Source: Candidatus Scatovivens sp. (GTDB taxonomy: Bacteria; Bacillota; Clostridia; TANB77; CAG-508). From it: DNA of 56,285 bases. This document shows, one piece after another, positions 36,501 through 44,632 of this stretch. Within the stretch, counting starts at the first letter, position 1; every line of letters starts with the position of its first letter. A program made the translations under genes and the position numbers. The notes beneath the pieces are model-generated. The model saw only the letters and a program-made list of their open reading frames with translations, was not told the origin of the DNA and ran no database searches. The DNA is taken from the NCBI GenBank assembly GCA_045613965.1, contig JAZLBY010000059.1, positions 1 to 56,285 of the forward strand, given 5' to 3'.

Positions 36501-36880
36501 AATGGTTCTAATTTTCTAGTCAATTCTTCAATTTTATTTCCAAATTCTTCTATCGTTGTACTATCTAATCTAGCAGTAATTTCAGGTATTCTTTCAAGTT
36601 GTTCTAATACATTTTTTAAATTGTTAACTTTTCCTATTTCTTGTAAAGGTTTAAAACCTTCTGCAATGTTCTTTATTCCGCTAGTATCTATAGTTCCTAT
36701 TGATTTTATACTATCGCTTATTTCTTTTATGCTTTTGCTTAGATTTTCTAATTTAGATGTAGGTGTTCCTAAACTCCTAGATAAAGTATCAAGAGTTTTC
36801 ACTAATGAATTTAAGCTATTGCTAGATTTGTCTGCATTACTCTCTATTTCAACAACTACACTATCTATCGTTGTTTCCAT
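33539..36880 (-). CDS. tape measure protein
   Basis: 1113 aa, helical and repetitive, with internal TM-like stretches and a GGGAGGGAGAGD tract. Preceded by the G/GT chaperones. Confidence 0.85.
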   Translation of the reverse strand: METTIDSVVVEIESNADKSSNSLNSLVKTLDTLSRSLGTPTSKLENLSKSIKEISDSIKSIGTIDTSGIKNIAEGFKPLQEIGKVNNLKNVLEQLERIPEITARLDSTTIEEFGNKIEELTRKLEPLSKNLLSVGNVLNNLPGQLNQVSSSVSKVNNAAAKTSKFNYFVSSLSKLASVTAIIGGLRALTNTIGSAINKSNEYIENLNLFYVSMGKTADKAKEFAENFSDVLGVDPSNVMRYMGMFNTLAEGFGISSEKAYIMSKNLTQLSYDMSSFLNIPIDQAMQKIKSGFSGEIEPMRAVGVALDQATLQETAYRLGIEQSVATMTRAQKTQLLYYQMMSRTTTMQGDMARTLLQPANAIRVLKEQFTLLARAIGNIFIPALTAAIPYVMVLTKWLTALAQSIANLFGFELPTIDTSGLSAAVSGLEDVEDAASGATKELKKMLAPFDELNVIDFDKGSSGGGAGGGAGAGDLDIPLLEYDALSNALNQNLDAVEAKLKGILPVLAMLATAIGAIKLLSIVNNLTQLGKSIGFASSTMTTLNTVASILKGTIALLAGAIIGFTLGGFIDWLTNGNTTMAETIKIALELTAAIGGIALICTGAFIPGLMLLGGALGLVIEDFTKGYQEVDVFRGASEQTTEALKETYSALESTNEILSKMEWHYISPSEEDIATLKSNFATIIQEYINLETEQYNQQKRAIENNTTLREEEKNEMLRILAESYSERINEAKKDEKKYNEELEALRNANAEDYAKHLQNLEDLDNKYQIASTNIASKNEKERKDIMDDYGQQKENISKKQASDLLTRSINLKNETIKNAKEQYESLINTAQNEYDEIMKNKDKLSGEQILLAEKTRDVVVESAKKQLSETMAAAEQQHLDLVQEMKKQKSDIFNEVDASTGEQLGAWQKLWRDILTGMGNNGTEIMLRNKEIAANYEGTFTSVDNYIEHTKNVIAGLNNATQDTTDTLNKLSDTYVPINIDTSDVDSLNRKLSDTGYYLQSLNRSYNARITVSTPNVSQYATGGFPTEGEAFIAREDGPELIGRIGNRTAVANNDQIIAGITQGVSAGVSQAMSGGNKNQPVNVYIGNKKVYSGYGEYANTENNMYGKNVIRV

Positions 36881-37645
36881 CTAATTTACCACCTGCCTCT
36901 TTTTCAAAATGTTTTCTTGTGGCTTTTTCCCAAGCATTAAAGTTCAAAATAGCTTTAAGTCTTTCATTTTCAGCCTCTTGTTTTTTCTCTTCTTCAGTTT
37001 TTTCCTTATCTTTTTCCATTCCATATGGTTTAGTTGGATAAGGTAGAGGTTTTGTACCTTTTTTAGAAAAAGCGTGTAATATAGGAGATACATCACATAA
37101 TGCCTCGTATACATACACGCCTTGTTTCCACATATGCCATTCTTGTATTTGTGTTTCTCTTTCCATTTTCATTCGATATGCTTTTAGATACATTTTTGCT
37201 ATTTCTAAATCTCCATACCAAAATTCTTCATAAGTACAACCTATTGAAAGAAAGAATGGACATAATTCTTTAAAAGTATCAGTAAGGAAGGCATACTCTA
37301 CCTTTTTGTATTTATCTTCTAAACTACCTTCCAGTCGATGTTTCCCTCGTTATCTTCTGGGTCATCTTGTAAACTACTATATGTTTCATTTAACATTTCT
37401 GCTATTGTTTGAATTAATGCTTGTTTATTTTCAAATTTATCATAAATTTTATCAACTTGTGATTTTTGTATATTTTTATGATTTTTGAAAAACAATCCTT
37501 CAAAAGCCATTGGTAACATTAACATTGGTTTTGTGGCAAGTTCGGAAATTACAAATCCTTGTCTTTCCATAAACTCAACGGCTTTTCTGTTATATTCTAA
37601 CACATATTCTTTGCCCTCATATTTAAACTCTATTTTTTTACTCAT
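36861..37645 (-). CDS. tail assembly chaperone GT (product of a -1 programmed frameshift)
   Basis: The -1 frame is open from the heptamer down to 36861 and contains the track ORF 36861..37193. No independent RBS. Confidence 0.7.
37319..37645 (-). CDS. tail assembly chaperone G
   Basis: 108 aa between the major tail protein and the TMP. Contains the slippery heptamer near its 3' end. Confidence 0.75.
   Translation of the reverse strand: MSKKIEFKYEGKEYVLEYNRKAVEFMERQGFVISELATKPMLMLPMAFEGLFFKNHKNIQKSQVDKIYDKFENKQALIQTIAEMLNETYSSLQDDPEDNEGNIDWKVV
37340..37346 (-). promoter_or_regulatory. -1 slippery heptamer G_GGA_AAC
   Basis: X_XXY_YYZ in the zero frame of gene G (GAG GGA AAC), 19 nt before the G stop. 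Confidence 0.7.
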
Positions 37646-37677
37646 TTCCTTTTATTCCTTTCTTTATTCAATTATTT

Positions 37678-38151
37678 CTAAGCTGTTGGTTTTGCAGCTC
37701 TTACTGGTGCACCAGTTGGAGTAATATAGTTTGTTATTTCTAATACACTATTTACTTCTGTTTCTGGTATTCCCATATCTGATGGATTTCCAGGGAAATA
37801 TAAACCATTTGTTAATCCTGGAATATCAATTAAGAACCATACTGCTTTTCCAGATGCTTTTGCTGTTGCATAAGCTGTCATTAAAGCTTCCCAAGTTGTT
37901 ACTAATTCTTGTGTTAAGTTGAATGTAAACTCTAATGCTCCACCTAAATCTTTTAAACCATCAATATATGTTTTATATTCTGTTTCGTTTAATGTTGTTG
38001 TTTCTAGTGTGTCTGGGCTTGGGTTTAGGTTTGGAGTTGATTTTACTCCTGTTAAATCTGTGTAATCAGCAGCTGCTGTTGGTCTTGTTCCTGCTGTTGC
38101 CTCAACAGCATATTTTAAATGAATACCTGCGGTACTTAAATTTATTGCCAT
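37678..38151 (-). CDS. major tail protein
   Basis: 157 aa with an AAGGAGG RBS, directly upstream of G/GT. The T/A/G-rich composition is typical. Confidence 0.7.
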   Translation of the reverse strand: MAINLSTAGIHLKYAVEATAGTRPTAAADYTDLTGVKSTPNLNPSPDTLETTTLNETEYKTYIDGLKDLGGALEFTFNLTQELVTTWEALMTAYATAKASGKAVWFLIDIPGLTNGLYFPGNPSDMGIPETEVNSVLEITNYITPTGAPVRAAKPTA

Positions 38152-38165
38152 AATAAATTCCTCCT

Positions 38166-38474
38166 TTAATTTTTATATATTGTATTAGTGTCTAGTTCTA
38201 ATACACAAGTATATCTTAACGAATACTTAATTACTGTTTTATCTTGTACTAAAGGCATTAGTACTGGTGTTCCAATTCTTGTCATCTTATAATTTGGTCC
38301 ACCTAAAACTTTATTGACTACTCTTCCCATTAGCATAGCACTTTCTGTAGCTTGCATAACTTCTGTATTTCTACTATAACAATCAATTTGATAACTTAAA
38401 CTTGAAACTTTCTCGCCATCAGCAGTAGAAAATCTTTCATTTTCGCTATTATCTAATTCAAATATTGTTATCAT
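38166..38474 (-). CDS. tail terminator-like (DUF3168-like) protein. This is the ATG-bounded part of a longer open frame.
   Basis: The frame stays open about 180 nt upstream of this ATG and encodes sensible sequence (...IYDENPPVKYPMITIFEL) without any ATG/GTG/TTG. See the finding for 38166-38670. Confidence 0.5.
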   Translation of the reverse strand: MITIFELDNSENERFSTADGEKVSSLSYQIDCYSRNTEVMQATESAMLMGRVVNKVLGGPNYKMTRIGTPVLMPLVQDKTVIKYSLRYTCVLELDTNTIYKN

Positions 38475-38650
38475 TGGGTACTTTACAGGTGGATTTTCAT
38501 CATATATACCTTTAATTATAGTATTTATATAATTATCTAATTTATAATCTTTTGTATCATCATAATCTTCTGGTTTTATGAAATTAAAACTTTTATCTAC
38601 ATAAATGCTTGAAGAAAATTCAGTTTGTAAATCTTGTTTTATTTGTGATA

Positions 38651-39181
38651 TTAAAGTTTCGATAAAGCATCGCCTACTCTCTTTTTAATAATTGATATTT
38701 TTTTGCCTTTTAAAATTACGGCTGCATTGAATACTTCTTTTCCTGCTGGAATACCTTGTGTGTATACTGGGTTTCCACTTTTATCTTTGTATACCCAATA
38801 AAGTTCTCCATTTTTAGAGTTTACTTTTATTTTTTCTCCAGTATTATATCCTTTAAGACCAAACTCGTTTTTCATAGGGTGTGGTGCATTTAAACCTTCT
38901 GTACCTGTACCAAACTCTCTATATAAAACTTGTGTGCCTCTAACTCCAACTATTATCTTTTTATCTTTTTTTTCCTTAAAAAAAGCAACATCATCATTAC
39001 CATCTGTATAAGGACTAGCTGCATAATTGTTTTGTATTTGTGTTTCTACTAAACTAGCCATATCTTCTTTTACTAGCTGTTCAGCTTCTTCAAGATTTTT
39101 AGATAGATTGATTACTTTTTCTTTTAATTCTTTAATTCCAGATTGAGATAATTTTGTTTTAATAGTTTTCATTTTGACCAT
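38651..39181 (-). CDS. HK97 gp10-like tail completion protein
   Basis: Size, position and a general pattern resembling the gp10 family. Confidence 0.5.
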   Translation of the reverse strand: MVKMKTIKTKLSQSGIKELKEKVINLSKNLEEAEQLVKEDMASLVETQIQNNYAASPYTDGNDDVAFFKEKKDKKIIVGVRGTQVLYREFGTGTEGLNAPHPMKNEFGLKGYNTGEKIKVNSKNGELYWVYKDKSGNPVYTQGIPAGKEVFNAAVILKGKKISIIKKRVGDALSKL

Positions 39182-39524
39182 CTCCTGTTAGTCTTTTAAG
39201 AGATATTTTAGAACTATTAAGAGTATTTATTGGATTTCCATCAACATAAAAATCTGCATCTTCACATAATGGATTGTGATTTTCTGGTGGATTTACATAT
39301 ACATAGCATCTATCTCCATTAGAAAAGTTTTCTCCAACTTCAATTATATCTTCTATTTTTAAATATTGAGTATATTCAGGTCCTATCGAAATTATTTCTC
39401 CTGTACTACTTATAGGTTGGTAATCTGTTAGTATAATTACTGGTTCTTCATATTTAGTAATATTATTTTCTATGTATTTTTTACATAAATATAATTTTCT
39501 TTTATTTCTTTTAAGAGTAGTCAT
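39159..39524 (-). CDS. head closure / head-tail adaptor protein
   Basis: Call based on position in the connector module. TAGGAGG RBS. Confidence 0.45.
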   Translation of the reverse strand: MTTLKRNKRKLYLCKKYIENNITKYEEPVIILTDYQPISSTGEIISIGPEYTQYLKIEDIIEVGENFSNGDRCYVYVNPPENHNPLCEDADFYVDGNPINTLNSSKISLKRLTGDGQNENY

Positions 39525-39535
39525 AACTATACCTC

Positions 39536-39922
39536 CTACATATTAGGGCTTCCAGCTAAAGGTACTATCTCTTGTAAAAGTGCTTTAGGATATGTAGAAC
39601 CTCCATCATAACCTCTGCTAATACCATTTTCACTATGAGAAGTTTGACCTTCTGCTCCATATTTAGAAATAGCACATATAGCAAGTCTTACTATTAAACT
39701 ATTGTACTTTTCTTCAAATAAGGTTTCTTCTGTAGGTACAAATCTTCTTCTTTCATTTACAGCAGATATAGCATCTAATACTTCATCTACTGCTGTGTCG
39801 TTATCAATATTAAAACCTCTAGCAACACATTTCCTTTTTAATGTTGCAGCTAATTCAGCTATATTTGGGTATTTAGTTATAATTTCTTCGTTCTTTTCAT
39901 CTTCAACATTAAAACTTGCCAT
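39536..39922 (-). CDS. gp6-like head-tail connector protein
   Basis: Call based on position after the capsid genes. ATG at 39922 lies 8 nt after TAGGTG. Confidence 0.45.
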   Translation of the reverse strand: MASFNVEDEKNEEIITKYPNIAELAATLKRKCVARGFNIDNDTAVDEVLDAISAVNERRRFVPTEETLFEEKYNSLIVRLAICAISKYGAEGQTSHSENGISRGYDGGSTYPKALLQEIVPLAGSPNM

Positions 39923-39935
39923 AAATAGCACCTAC

Positions 39936-40178
39936 TTACTTTCCTAACTTTTCATCATCTAGTTTTTTATTTCTTAAACCAAAGCTTTTTTCTGATAACA
40001 TTTCATAAGCTTCATCTATTGATATTTCAGAGAATGTATCTGCGTTTCCATACACTTCGATTATTTCATCATCTGTAGTAACAACATTATATTCTCCGTT
40101 TTTATCTTTTTTTATGTTTACTGGTATAAACTTTTCAGAAACTCTTACATATATTTTTTTATTTCTTGTGTAAAGCAT
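39936..40178 (-). CDS. hypothetical protein
   Basis: ORF in the head module. Confidence 0.45.
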   Translation of the reverse strand: MLYTRNKKIYVRVSEKFIPVNIKKDKNGEYNVVTTDDEIIEVYGNADTFSEISIDEAYEMLSEKSFGLRNKKLDDEKLGK

Positions 40179-40184
40179 AATAAC

Positions 40185-40520
40185 CTACTTTCTTTTTGAA
40201 GATGATTTATTTTCTAATGCTTTTTCCATTATAGTTTTTTCTTTTTTATTATCATCTGCAAAATTTTCTATATTTTCGCCTATTATATTTACATTTAAGC
40301 TTTCAGATGTTACAACATCTTCTTTTTCTATTTCTTTGTTTTTATCTTTTTCTTCTTTAATTAATTTTTCTTCTTTATTATCAATTATTTTTTTATCAGA
40401 AGAAGCTTTTTTAGCTTCTTCTGAATTATTTATTACTTGATAACCTAGTTTCTTAAACATGTCTTCATAAGTACATTTTGAAACTGTTAGAACTTGTGAA
40501 CCTTTCTTTATTTGTATCAT
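40185..40520 (-). CDS. hypothetical K/E-rich protein
   Basis: ORF after the capsid gene. Confidence 0.45.
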   Translation of the reverse strand: MIQIKKGSQVLTVSKCTYEDMFKKLGYQVINNSEEAKKASSDKKIIDNKEEKLIKEEKDKNKEIEKEDVVTSESLNVNIIGENIENFADDNKKEKTIMEKALENKSSSKRK

Positions 40521-40537
40521 AAGAAAGTCCTCCTTTC

Positions 40538-41578
40538 CTAGATTACATCAGCAATTATAATTTGGTCTGCTGCTTCAAATGAAGGCATACAAATTTGAGA
40601 TACTTTAGTTTCTACTGATACTGGGTCAACTAATTCTGTTGTTGTAACAGCTACACCTGTATCTACTATTGAAACTTTTGCATTGTCAGAATTCATTAAA
40701 TCTGCTTCTTCTGGAGTTGTTCCGAAAACTGTTTTTCCTAATTCTCCATCTGGGATTAAGATGAATAAGTCTTCTGCTATAAATCTTGTAACTGTTCCAT
40801 CTAATGCTTTATATTTCTTTTCATATACTTCAATTGTTACACCTGTTTGGTCAGCGATGTAAGCTCTTAAAGCATTTTCATTTAATGCTACTGTTCCTTG
40901 TGAGAATACATATACTGCATTTTTGATGCTAGAGTTTTTCATTAAATCTCTTAGAACTTTTCTTGATGTGATAGCTCTTGTTGGTCTACCATATCCTTCT
41001 GCTTCTATAATATCTTGCCATGCAATGATATCTCCGATTGGGTCAGAGTTTGCATTATCCCAAGTTATTGATGGAGTAACTTTATGACTTACTGGTAAGT
41101 TATAATCGTAATTATATTCTTGACCATTGTTAGCCATAACAATTGTTCCTGTTGAGATTAATTGCATTCTCATTTTTTCTCTTGTTACTGCTGCATCTTC
41201 GATAAGTACAGCTGTATCTTGGAATATGTTAGATAATATTTTATCTATATATTGTCTATTTCCTGCTTGGATTGCTATTAATAGTTTTTGTCTTAATTCT
41301 TCATCTATTGACATAGAGTTTTTGAAGAAAGGCATTCTTGTTTTTACTTCTGTGAAGCCAATTCTGTTTTTCTTGATTGCTTTTGCATCAAAAGCAGATA
41401 AGTTTAATTCAACTGGCATTCCTTTTGCACCTTTAATATAGCTTAGGTCTAAACCTAATTGTTGTTCTGATGGGAATAATACATCTCCTAAGTATGGAGG
41501 CATTCCTTGTTCAGCTTGTCTTGTTTCCCAATAAGCTGCAATTTCTTGTGCAACTACATAATCAAATATTGTATTCAT
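40538..41578 (-). CDS. major capsid protein, lambda gpE-like family
   Basis: N-terminus ...IAAYWETRQAEQGMPPYLGDVLFPSEQQLGLDLSYIKGAKGMPVELNLSAFDAKA matches the Phage_cap_E pattern as I recall it. 346 aa. Confidence 0.8.
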   Translation of the reverse strand: MNTIFDYVVAQEIAAYWETRQAEQGMPPYLGDVLFPSEQQLGLDLSYIKGAKGMPVELNLSAFDAKAIKKNRIGFTEVKTRMPFFKNSMSIDEELRQKLLIAIQAGNRQYIDKILSNIFQDTAVLIEDAAVTREKMRMQLISTGTIVMANNGQEYNYDYNLPVSHKVTPSITWDNANSDPIGDIIAWQDIIEAEGYGRPTRAITSRKVLRDLMKNSSIKNAVYVFSQGTVALNENALRAYIADQTGVTIEVYEKKYKALDGTVTRFIAEDLFILIPDGELGKTVFGTTPEEADLMNSDNAKVSIVDTGVAVTTTELVDPVSVETKVSQICMPSFEAADQIIIADVI

Positions 41579-41593
41579 ATTTCTTTCCTCCTT

Positions 41594-41998
41594 CTATACA
41601 GCACTTCCACTGATAAATTTAATTCCTTCTGCTTTTAGAGCAGTAATAGCTTCTGTTGTAATTAATGCTTGAACATCGCTATCAAGTTTTAATTTATCAA
41701 TATGTCCTACTGAAATTATTGTTCCATTTTCATCTCCTGCAGTTACATCTACATCATGTAATAGAACTGCATTAGCATTTGATACTCCTTCAGTTGTTGA
41801 AGCTTTAACAAATGCTGTATCTCTGTCTAATAGACTTCCATATACTGGAGTTCCAGCTTTTAATATTTTTCTTCCGTTAGCATCAGCACTAACACCTGCG
41901 TTTCCAATTTGTGCACCAAATGTTACGGCTGTTTCATCAGCTACAAGTATTTGTTTTTGTGGTGCACCATAAGTATTTGTTTTTACCATGTTTGCCAT
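41594..41998 (-). CDS. head decoration protein (putative)
   Basis: 134 aa immediately upstream of a gpE-type capsid gene. Confidence 0.5.
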   Translation of the reverse strand: MANMVKTNTYGAPQKQILVADETAVTFGAQIGNAGVSADANGRKILKAGTPVYGSLLDRDTAFVKASTTEGVSNANAVLLHDVDVTAGDENGTIISVGHIDKLKLDSDVQALITTEAITALKAEGIKFISGSAV

Positions 41999-42015
41999 GT
42001 TATTTTCCTCCTTTA

Positions 42016-42639
42016 TTATATTTTAAAATATGGATTTTTGGCATTTTCTATTCTATTACTTTTTGCAAGTCTTTGTCCTAGACTGCCATCATTTCCATTA
42101 GCGTCATTGTTTTCATTCTTCTTGAAGTTTCCCATATTTGCCATTTTTTGCTTTGTTGCATCAGCTTGACCTTTTTCGTAAGCTGCTTTGACAATTTTGT
42201 TTATGTAAGAACTTACTTCTGTTGTTTTTGTTTCATCATCACTTACAATCTTTTCTAAGAAACTTGTGAATTCTGCATCATCATCTTTGATGTTTGCATT
42301 TTGTCTAGCTTCAGCTGTTAATCCAAAAGCTTTATTACTATTTCCAGATAATATACTCTTTGCAAGTTGTTCTTTTAAATCTTGCAATTCTTTGTCTTTA
42401 GCAGCTTGTGCTAAAGCTTGTTTTTCTTCATCTGTCATTTTAGCTTTTAAAGCATTTTCTTTTTCTTCAATTTGCTTTTGAAGCTTATTTTTTTCAGCTT
42501 CTGCCATTTGTTTGTTTACATAGTTTCCGCTTTCTAATACAGACTTTTCTCCTGCTTTTTGGAAAAATTCTTGTACTTCAGCTGCTGTCATTCCTTCATG
42601 ATAATTTTCTCCTAGTAGTTGTTTTAATTCTTCTTCCAT
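42016..42639 (-). CDS. scaffolding protein (DUF4355/GP20-like)
   Basis: Helical, charged, 207 aa, between the portal and decoration/capsid genes. Confidence 0.6.
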   Translation of the reverse strand: MEEELKQLLGENYHEGMTAAEVQEFFQKAGEKSVLESGNYVNKQMAEAEKNKLQKQIEEKENALKAKMTDEEKQALAQAAKDKELQDLKEQLAKSILSGNSNKAFGLTAEARQNANIKDDDAEFTSFLEKIVSDDETKTTEVSSYINKIVKAAYEKGQADATKQKMANMGNFKKNENNDANGNDGSLGQRLAKSNRIENAKNPYFKI

Positions 42640-42664
42640 AATGGTACTCCTTTCATTCTCTGGC

Positions 42665-42763
42665 GATTATAGGTCTTCCCTGACCAACAGATATTCATTG
42701 ATATAGCCCCAATGACAAGGCAATTTTTCTTGCTAGAGATTATAGGTCTTCTCTGACCAATAG
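42665..42763 (-). repeat. two 26-nt direct repeats (24/26 identical), 73 bp apart, each forming a small hairpin
   Basis: GATTATAGGTCTTCCCTGACCAACAG at 42665-42690 and GATTATAGGTCTTCTCTGACCAATAG at 42738-42763. Each has a GGTC/GACC stem. Confidence 0.8.
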
Positions 42764-42766
42764 CAT

Positions 42767-44221
42767 TTATTTTGAAGTTTCAACGACTTTTTTATTGTTA
42801 TTTAAGTCATTTCCACTTTCATTAACATTAGTTGTTTGGGTTTGACTTTCTTTTGCTTCATCTTCCCAATATTTTTTACCTTTTGCTGCAATTTCTACAC
42901 TATCTGTAGTCATATCTGCAATAGTTAAAGCATCTTCTGGCGTTATTGTCTTTGTTCCAACTAAAGTAGCATAGCTTTGAGCTTTTGATTGTAAATTGTC
43001 ATTTTTATTTCTACTAAACTTAATATCCATATCAATAGTTTTTATTGAATTGTTTATTAAATTTAATTTTTGCAATATTGTAATTATTACTGCTAATTGT
43101 TTTTTCTTAGCAATTTTGAAATAGTTTTCTTTAATTCTAGCAACGATTTCAATATCAGCCCAGCCATCTCTTAATTTAACAGCATCGCCTGTGTCTCCAC
43201 CGCCACCGCCTCTAGTCTTTCTGTCTGGTATTCCTATTATTGTTTTATATGCTTCTTCAAAATATTCACGCAAATTTTCAATTCCCATAGCATCTAGCTG
43301 TTGGTATATGAATTTTGCATCTACATTTTGTCCTATGTTTCCTACTATTTCTAATATTCTATTTTTCTTTATTTTTTCTGCTGTATTATCATTTAATTCA
43401 GCATTTATTATTACAAGTAAGCTTTTTATAACATTTTCTACATCATTTACGCTATCAGAAGCGATTTGATTTAAAGCATTTAATACGCTAATGGCTGTTT
43501 CAAAATCTCCCATTAGGAAATTATTGTTTTGGACCATTATAATAGGATTTAAACCTAGAGGGTTTACATCTACTTCTATTAATTCTGCTTGATTACTTAA
43601 AGAGTTATTTCCTTTGCAAGTAATTCTATAGATTTCTGTATCTGTAAAGCATAAGAAGTATGTGTTTATTTTATCTGTGTAATATGTACAGCTTAATATA
43701 TCTGGATTTCCCATTTTAGCTGATTGTATAATAAATGTTGATAAAATATCTAAACTATTTATTTTTAAAGGAATATCTGGCATATAGTCAGAATACAATT
43801 CTTCTGTAGGTAATGTGCAAATATAACCAATGCCTGTGATTGCAGCCATTGTAGCAACTTCATTGTCTACTGTACTTGAATTTTCATATTCCATTATATC
43901 TGCAATTTTTTCTATATCTTTTTTATATTTTGTTTTTCTTTGAATTATTTGTGTAGGCTTTCCAAAAGTATAACCTACTAAATCTCTTATGCTAGAATAA
44001 GCATAATTTACTGTAATTTTATTGTTTATTCCAGAAGCATAAGCAGGATTTCTCTTTGATATGTCTTGTTGTCCTTTATAATAATCTATAAGGTACTTCA
44101 TATCTCTAACATTTTCTCTATGATAGCTCCAAGCTTCATTTAAAACATCAATTATAGTATCTTTATTTATTTCTTTATCAATTATTATTTTTCTTCTACC
44201 TTGACCTATCAAATCTCCCAC
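42767..44221 (-). CDS. portal protein (SPP1 gp6-like)
   Basis: 484 aa, in the usual position downstream of terL. Exact start uncertain (GTG at 44221 or TTG at 44212). Confidence 0.8.
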   Translation of the reverse strand: MGDLIGQGRRKIIIDKEINKDTIIDVLNEAWSYHRENVRDMKYLIDYYKGQQDISKRNPAYASGINNKITVNYAYSSIRDLVGYTFGKPTQIIQRKTKYKKDIEKIADIMEYENSSTVDNEVATMAAITGIGYICTLPTEELYSDYMPDIPLKINSLDILSTFIIQSAKMGNPDILSCTYYTDKINTYFLCFTDTEIYRITCKGNNSLSNQAELIEVDVNPLGLNPIIMVQNNNFLMGDFETAISVLNALNQIASDSVNDVENVIKSLLVIINAELNDNTAEKIKKNRILEIVGNIGQNVDAKFIYQQLDAMGIENLREYFEEAYKTIIGIPDRKTRGGGGGDTGDAVKLRDGWADIEIVARIKENYFKIAKKKQLAVIITILQKLNLINNSIKTIDMDIKFSRNKNDNLQSKAQSYATLVGTKTITPEDALTIADMTTDSVEIAAKGKKYWEDEAKESQTQTTNVNESGNDLNNNKKVVETSK

Positions 44222-44287
44222 CTCTTAAATATAAAAAAAGCACGACTATAAAACCTATTATAGTTATGCTCTCTGGCATTGTTATTA

Positions 44288-44443
44288 TTAGCTCTCAGGC
44301 TTATTTTTAAAATCTTTTGCGTTATCTATATATATTTCTTTTTTACATCTTCTGCACCATAGATAAACTTTTTTCATTTCCCCATTTTCTTCAACTTTGC
44401 CAATTATTTTATGGCAAATTGGGCAAAAAATTGTATTTTTCAT
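44288..44443 (-). CDS. small zinc-ribbon protein (51 aa)
   Basis: CPIC ... CRRC. ATG 8 nt after GAGGGA. The longer track ORF to 44602 crosses a terminator and promoter-like sites. Confidence 0.5.
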   Translation of the reverse strand: MKNTIFCPICHKIIGKVEENGEMKKVYLWCRRCKKEIYIDNAKDFKNKPES

Positions 44444-44513
44444 ATTATTTTCCCTCATATTAAATATACTTGACTTGTATTGATTTGTCAATACTTTTTT
44501 GATTAAAAATTGC

Positions 44514-44551
44514 AAAAAAAGAGTATGTCCAATAAAATATCGTACATACTC
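44514..44551 (-). terminator. rho-independent terminator downstream of terL
   Basis: GAGTATGT / ACATACTC stem followed by TTTTTTT on the minus strand. Confidence 0.45.
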
Positions 44552-44632
44552 CTCGGAATTAGTTAATGTGTATAACAATAATACTAATGCTACCACTTCC
44601 AATTCTACTTGATAATCTTTATTTTGTCAATA

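Noticed and set aside
44444-44602. The N-terminal extension of track ORF 44288..44602 (104 aa).
   Set aside because: The upstream 53 codons cross a terminator hairpin and promoter-like hexamers and give a hydrophobic, unconvincing translation. A strong RBS precedes the internal ATG at 44443.
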